A program made the position numbers and the translations under genes. A stretch of DNA of 64,000 nucleotides from Tubulanus polymorphus (Eukaryota > Animalia > Nemertea): NCBI RefSeq assembly GCF_964204645.1, contig NC_134026.1:10315950-10379949 (forward strand). Reading direction: 5' to 3'. The notes below the pieces were generated by a model. That model was not told the origin of the DNA, did no database searches, and saw only the letters and a list, made by a program, of their open reading frames with translations. Shown one piece after another: positions 23,960-64,000 of the stretch. How positions within the stretch are numbered: position 1 is the stretch's first letter; every line of letters starts with the position of its first letter.

Positions 23960-24440
23960 CTTATGAAGAAGAAATTGAGATATTACTGAAATATAGAATT
24001 AATTGTATTATTATATGGAGACGACATAATTATATTTGCAGAATCAGAATCTGAATTACAAAACAATTTAAATATACTCTTTGATTATTGCTAAGTAAAC
24101 AAGTTATCTGTTAATATCGATAAAACGAAAATAATGGTTTTCGCCCGATCGAAGCAAAGAGTAATGAGTTATTAGAAAGAGTAGACGAGTACAATTATCT
24201 TGGAATTTTGTTTACCTGGGATGGAAAATTTACAAAAGCAAAACAAGCAATTCACAACAAAGCTGTTCGAGCAATGTTTGCTATAATTCAAAAAGGCAGA
24301 TGTAATTTACCTCCAGACTCTACCTCTTATTGTACGGGTGCGAAATATGGGGCCATGAAAATGTCGATATCTTGGAAAAAGTCCACACAAGGTTTTGTAA
24401 ATTTAAAAGTTACAAAATTCTGGCAGGTTACCTTTAACTT
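23960..24440 (+). mobile_element. Degraded LINE reverse-transcriptase fragment inside MULE intron 1
   Basis: LLYGDDIIIFAESESELQNNLNILFDYC*VNKLSVNIDKTKIMVF...YNYLGILFTWDGKFTKAK...RAMFAIIQKGR, same family as copy B. Confidence 0.85.
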
Positions 24441-27002
24441 TTAAGGGGCTTAACTATTTGAACAAAACTTTGAATGCTAGCAAGTCAAAACTGAATTTAG
24501 TAATGTATACAATTCTTTACCATTTATATAAACAATACCGAAGAATTGGCTTATATACTCTTTTTTACCATTTATATGAAAAAAAATTATATGTATCGGA
24601 TTGGATCTGCCAAATTACAATCCTAAATTATAGCTATGACATTCCCTATTTATATTTTCAGTTTGTAATGACAATTGCGCCGAAGATGCAATTTTATGTA
24701 GCAAATGTGAAGTATGGTTACATCGAGACTGCGAACAACTTACGTAAGATCTGTTGTCTGAATGGTAAAACTTATGACTTCGTGCACTCACTGGAACGGT
24801 TGAATAATGCAGCAAAAAACGGATATCGCAATCTCCAGAGCGCAGTAACACTTGAAAGGATATTACTTAAAGGTCACCAACTGACTTATACATATGTGAA
24901 ATCTGATCTCGTTCCACATGATTATTCGCATCAACTACTAAAAGGAATTGATCATGCAAACACCGTGCCGTTGTCAGTTCCAGGAGACGGCAATTGCCTC
25001 TTCCATGCCGTATCAACTTTGTTATGTGGTAGTTCATTGTTAACTGATGAGCTTCGAGTGCGCTGCTCTATAGAGCTGGTTGAAAATGATAACTACTATA
25101 AAAGTTCCAGCGATTTCGCGCAATTTTCAATTGTCTCGCCATCGTACGAAGACGCTTGTATAGACTGTGCCAGCCCTCGCGCATATTCCTCGATTTTCAC
25201 CATGCACGCGCTATCGACAGTTACTCGAAGACCAATTAGATCAGTGTACCCCTTGTGCAATGGGATTCTCGACAAAAACATTGGCATACTGAACAAATCT
25301 TTCAAACCTAGAAAGCCCCTTAAACAGTCAGGCGAAGAACTGTTGGTATTATGGACGAGATGTGCACCCTCAAATCGAGAAATATGGACGCCTAATCACT
25401 TTGCGCCACTCGTGCGACAAACGAGCCGGAATGAATCATCAATCGATGGTAAGTTTTTTTAACGCGTAAATGATAAAACCCTGTCTGAATAGAAATCATT
25501 AATGGGAATAAACTAGTGATCATTGAAATTTCCATCGACTTTCATGTCCGAATTTCAATTCGTCTAAAATTGTAGCTTTCTTTCTTCATTTCATTTTAAT
25601 AGATAGTGAGCATTGTTCAGAACCTGTGAGTATCTTGAGCGAAGAACCGAAAGTTGCATTGGATGAAGATTTGAACGAAAAGCTGAACGAAAAATCTGAC
25701 AGGCGTAAGTTTGTAACTCATCAATCTGATACACATTACAGCGTTAAATGATGTCAATTATGATGCCTAATCGAAGAGTTTACTCATTTTCAGGCGCAGA
25801 TTCATTGAACGGGGAAAATGATTTTATAGCCGACGCAAGTTTCCTCAATATTTCAACGGAAGAAGGAACAAATGTATCCCGTAAGTAAAAAGATATTTTT
25901 ATCAGAAATGAAATGTAGGGCCTATGCAAATATTTCTATTGGATTAGGATTTTCTAAGGGTGCCAATACGGAATTTATTGTAGGAAATTATTCGTTGAGA
26001 CAACAGATTGAGACAGATAGTTTTCTCAATACCTCGAAACAAGAAGAACAAATCGTTAGAAATCAAAGAAATGCATCATCGCCATGGAATTCTGGTAAAT
26101 ATCTAACATTTTAGTACAATAATAGCATATATTCTATATTACGTATATGAGATTATCTCCAAATTTTTACTTTCCAACTTGATACTACAAATTGAATTAA
26201 TTATGTATGATAAGTAGATTGTGATAACAGTTAAGGCATAATCAATTAGTTTTTGATTGTTGTACGGCTTAAATCAACCAGTGATTCCATTGTTTGACTG
26301 TGGGTAATTAACAATAGTGACAAAATCCTTCTATCCTTTAATTACAGGAATTGATGTCTCTATGCCACATTTCCACGAATCGACTCTATTAAACGAAACA
26401 ATTTCCTCAACATCATCCCATAAATCCAGCAAACGGGTTAGTTTTGCTAAACCAATAGCCGAAGATGTAGATGGGATACTTAAAAATGGTAGATTCATGG
26501 AGACCTATGAAGCTTTCGATAAAATCTTGAATGTCCGTCCTAAGGTCACTGACACACCCTCAGGAATTAAAGAAAACGTATATTTCTTATTGGAAAATTC
26601 GAATAATACGCAACGCAGACAGAATGGGAAAAAAGTAGTTTCGTTGATGATTGCGGAGCCTGGGACACTAAGCACTGTTCCACAAAATCGTCGTTATTTG
26701 TTGTCCACGAAGATAAATTAGGCCAGGTAAGAAAAACATGCATTTTGACATTTTTTACTATTTCAAAAGGCGTAATTTCGATTTATTTTATAGGACTTTA
26801 ATTTCACACTAATGAATAGAAAAAGAAAAAATTGAATGTATCAATTATAGTATCAAATTCGTTTGCACATTATTAGATGCGAAATAACCGATAATATTAA
26901 TTGATTTCCTCTATTGGCGAAATTGTAAGGCTGCTTTAGATTTTTTTCTCTGATGAAAAAAAGGTATTTAATTTAATTTCTCTTTTGTTATGTATTTTAT
27001 AG

Positions 27003-28583
27003 AGCGTAGAGAAAAGGAATGGTGTGTATGTTACGAAGAAGCAAGGTATCTGGACTCCGCTCGTCCCTCAACCAGAAACAGTTTGCGTTATAAAAAGGAT
27101 ATATTATCAGCTGAAAAGAGAAAATTCATTTAAAAAAAGAATTACATGGGTAGAGGGGGGTGGTCGAGTCTGGCCATCGACAGCATTAGTGGAGTATATT
27201 GGAGAGTACCCCAGAGAGAAGGTGCCTCACGGAAACACTAAAAAAGGGACAGGGAACGAATACGTGAGGTCATCTGCGGATACGTTAAATCGGGTTGCGG
27301 AACGCGTAACGAATGGTGAAAATCCTCGACAGGTTTATAAGCAAATGCTTCTCGAAAATTCGATGAATGCACCGCGCAATATGAAGCAAGTGCAAAACGT
27401 AAAAGGTGCAGTCGATAGAAAGAATAGACCGGTAGAAGGAAATCGTAAAAATGTTGCTGATGATATGCAGGCAGTAATGAATATGATAATCGACAGTTCT
27501 TTCATACGGGAAATCGTACAGTCGCCGGACAAACCTCCGATGGTAATATTGTATTCATCCCAGCAGCTAGCTGACATAAAAACATTTTGCATCGACGAAG
27601 GGTGTATTTTAGGAGTTGACCGCACGTTCAACGTCGGAGCGTGCTTCTTAACTCTAACCGTATTCAAGAACACTCACATATTAAGAATATCAACACAGGA
27701 ACCGCCAATTATGTTGGGCCCAATGTTACTTCATTGGGACGGTGAGTGTTCTAGTTATCAAAGATTTTTCACTCATCTGCGATCCAAAATAGATGGTAGC
27801 TTCGATACAGAAATAGGGACGAAAGAACTTGTATTCGGGTCAGATGAAGAAAAAGCTATTCTCAAGGCAATCAAGCAATCGTTTCCCGAATCAACACAAT
27901 CACTGTGCTACCGACACCTAGAACAAAATGTAAAACGACATTTACGCCACAAAGTCGGTGCAAATGATAAAATTTCAAATGAAATTGTATCTTGTATATT
28001 CGGAAACTCCGGGTTATTACAAAAAAGTGACGAATACGAATACGATCACTGCGTCCTCGAGTTGGAATCGAAATTTGAAACAATTGTGCCACTTTTCATG
28101 CCTTATTTCAAGAAGCTCGTCATACGTCTCAAACAATATGTTTTCGTTCCTACGCAGATAGAGAAACGTGTTCCTTTAAACTGGACTAATAATAATTGCG
28201 AAAGTATGAACAATCTCATAAAACTATCGACGAATTGGAAAATTTTGAAAATTCCTGATCTCATTGAGCGCCTGAATAGTATAGTAGATCTGCAGTATGC
28301 AGATATTCGCCGAGCCTTACACGGTCAAGGAAACTACCAAGTTTCGCCTCGTTTGAGCAAACACGTCGTTTCGCACGTAGTATGGTGTAAAAAATCGAAG
28401 GAAGAAAAGGATGCGATCATGAATACATTTTTCAGTGCAAAATCAAAAACAAAATCGATCGAAAAAGTTATCAAGTCCAGTGACGGAAAATTGAATATCC
28501 CGAAAACCGCAAAAGTAGCGAAGAAACCAGGGCAATTAAAGCGTTCAAGAGCGACGAGATCAATTACAATAAAAAAAACATAA
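27003..28583 (+). CDS. MULE transposase catalytic exon (open)
   Basis: 519-aa ORF with D (GVDRTFN), D (FGSDEEKAI), CxxH (CYRH) and E (TNNNCESMN), plus a basic C-terminus. Confidence 0.9.
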   Translation, partial: SVEKRNGVYVTKKQGIWTPLVPQPETVCVIKRIYYQLKRENSFKKRITWVEGGGRVWPSTALVEYIGEYPREKVPHGNTKKGTGNEYVRSSADTLNRVAERVTNGENPRQVYKQMLLENSMNAPRNMKQVQNVKGAVDRKNRPVEGNRKNVADDMQAVMNMIIDSSFIREIVQSPDKPPMVILYSSQQLADIKTFCIDEGCILGVDRTFNVGACFLTLTVFKNTHILRISTQEPPIMLGPMLLHWDGECSSYQRFFTHLRSKIDGSFDTEIGTKELVFGSDEEKAILKAIKQSFPESTQSLCYRHLEQNVKRHLRHKVGANDKISNEIVSCIFGNSGLLQKSDEYEYDHCVLELESKFETIVPLFMPYFKKLVIRLKQYVFVPTQIEKRVPLNWTNNNCESMNNLIKLSTNWKILKIPDLIERLNSIVDLQYADIRRALHGQGNYQVSPRLSKHVVSHVVWCKKSKEEKDAIMNTFFSAKSKTKSIEKVIKSSDGKLNIPKTAKVAKKPGQLKRSRATRSITIKKT

Positions 28584-29348
28584 CTTGACACATACATTCT
28601 TATTGTCATATCAATTTTCATGGATATTTGTCAACTAGTATATATAAATTTAATTTTCCAGTTAATTTTTCATTTGTTTATTTTGTATAAAATCTTATAT
28701 TTGTATCAATGTATAATTATTCTAAAATAAGATCGATTACTTTGCCTTGATTTCAATGTACATTACAGTTCGAAAAAAGTTGAATAAATTGCGTTTCCTA
28801 TTCATGTAAATATCAATTTTGTCAGTCATTTACCTTGTATAAATTTTTCAAAGTTTCTTTTTTTCATTAGATTATTTTGCCTTTTAAAAGTTGAAAAGAT
28901 GGGCCGGAATAAATTGTTTACCAGGGATTGCGTTTCCTATTCATGTAAAAATCAATTTCGTCAGTCATTTACCCTGTGTAGTGTATTTGTATATTGTTAT
29001 TTTCAATTTTGCCTTTATTTTAATTTCGGCGAACTCTTAATGCATAAGCTTGAGTTGATTTCTCAAATTAAATAAACAACATTTTAGTATTTTCAAGAGT
29101 CGTTTCAAATTTGCTTTCCTTTTCTGAAAGATTCACTCTTCATGACGGTGTCTGACGGTCTTCCTGACGGTGTCTGACGGTTCCTGACGGTTCCTGGCGG
29201 TTCCTGACGGTGTCTGACGGCTCCTGACGGTGTTTAGTATGACCGTAGATGGGTAGATTGTGTATTTCAACGCTGCAAGGTGCTGCCATCTACGTAAAAC
29301 ATTCGGTATAAAGTTTCGGGTCGCTCAGCTCCATCCATGTAAACAATC

Positions 29349-63302
<33,954 letters not shown>

Positions 63303-64000
63303 TGAGAAATTCCATCCATTCGTATAATATGTATGTAGTTTAACTGTTAATCAGAGAGATAGAGAGAGCGAAAGAGAAAGAGGGAAGAGTTATGGCAGAT
63401 TTATCGTTTGTCATAGTGTGTGTTGCGATTTTATGGTTTCATCGATGGCTGAATTGCCGGTTATTGTGTTGCATTAAATCAAAAGATTCGATACCAGAGA
63501 ATTAAACAGTGACATTTCGCCTTGTACTAAGAGTTTATATGGTTTATATGTTGCAAAAAATAGGTTTTCATGCTGTGGATAAAACTGCAACGTAACGAAA
63601 TGATTGATTAAAACTGGATCAAATGAACCATTTGTGATTGATTTCCAAGGTTCAGTGAGGGCTTATTATGGTGAAGATAGTCAATGTAATAAAAGCGTGC
63701 AAATATGCACCCAACAATGCTCATGTTATTCAAGGATAAAATTGCTAGCTATTTGATTTTTTCTAGTGTTTTAGAAAATGTTATCTGTAAATGTGAATTC
63801 TGATGATAATGATACTGAAGTAGATATTCCATTTGGCCTACAATGCATTCTGTAAGCTTACTGATACCAGGCTTAAAGAGATACATGTACATCATTCGAA
63901 ATCTTCAATCACTTAAAGTCTTAAGAGGCTGCACTTGCCTTTGATAAAGAGTCAAAATGTTTGTTGTGGAGGCATAGCAAAATTTCACTTCACTTTCAGA

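Larger units (their letters stand above)
22876..28583 (+). pseudogene. Spliced PHD finger + OTU-like (vertnin-type) + MULE DDE transposase gene, disabled
   Basis: Exons 22876-22981, 24662-25448, 25603-25704, 25794-25880, 25984-26094, 26348-26726, 27003-28583. PHD YPCKVCNDNCAEDAILCSKCEVWLHRDC. OTU VPGDGNCLFHAVS...WTPNHF. DDE GVDRTFN / GSDEEKA / CYRH / NNCESMN. Lesions: TAA at 24745 with a frameshift after the PHD, and a 1-nt shift at the A-run 26629-26634. Confidence 0.85.
22165..29244 (+). mobile_element. 7.1-kb Mutator-like (MULE) transposon with perfect 106-bp modular TIRs
   Basis: 22165-22270 is the exact reverse complement of 29139-29244. TIRs are built from about 10-bp CCGTCAG(GAA/ACA) units. 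Internal MULE-type DDE transposase. Confidence 0.93.

Noticed and set aside
24458-24661. N-terminus of the 334-aa ORF as real protein
   Set aside because: It is intron sequence. The acceptor is at 24661 and the PHD finger is in another frame.
26626-26640. Programmed -1 frameshift at GGGAAAAAAG in the MULE gene
   Set aside because: No X_XXY_YYZ heptamer in the correct frame, and the gene has other lesions. A 1-nt deletion or homopolymer error is simpler.

Overview
Animal (invertebrate-type) genomic DNA: AT-rich, with spliceosomal GT-AG introns, (TA)n microsatellites and many transposon remnants. No prokaryotic features were seen. Two host genes are transcribed divergently. (1) On the minus strand (16077->1700), a 22-exon gene that I could splice by hand into one frame of about 1740 aa: signal peptide - C-type lectin - SUEL lectin - C-type lectin - F5/8 (discoidin) - 2x TSP1 - 2x PAN/apple-like - LRRs, ending in an ~790-aa module that resembles a helical pore-forming toxin and is encoded almost entirely by one 2.1-kb exon. 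This is the best candidate for an undescribed system: a secreted multi-lectin recognition array fused to a toxin-like effector. (2) On the plus strand (29349->63302), a 4-exon sedoheptulokinase (SHPK, 464 aa) with large introns full of MITEs. The 13 kb between the genes is mostly nested mobile DNA: RTE-X-like LINE fragments, a pogo-like element carrying a hammerhead-bearing Penelope-like fragment, and a 7.1-kb Mutator-like element with perfect 106-bp TIRs that encodes a disabled PHD + OTU (vertnin-like) + DDE protein. All domain calls come from motif recognition by eye; no database search was run.
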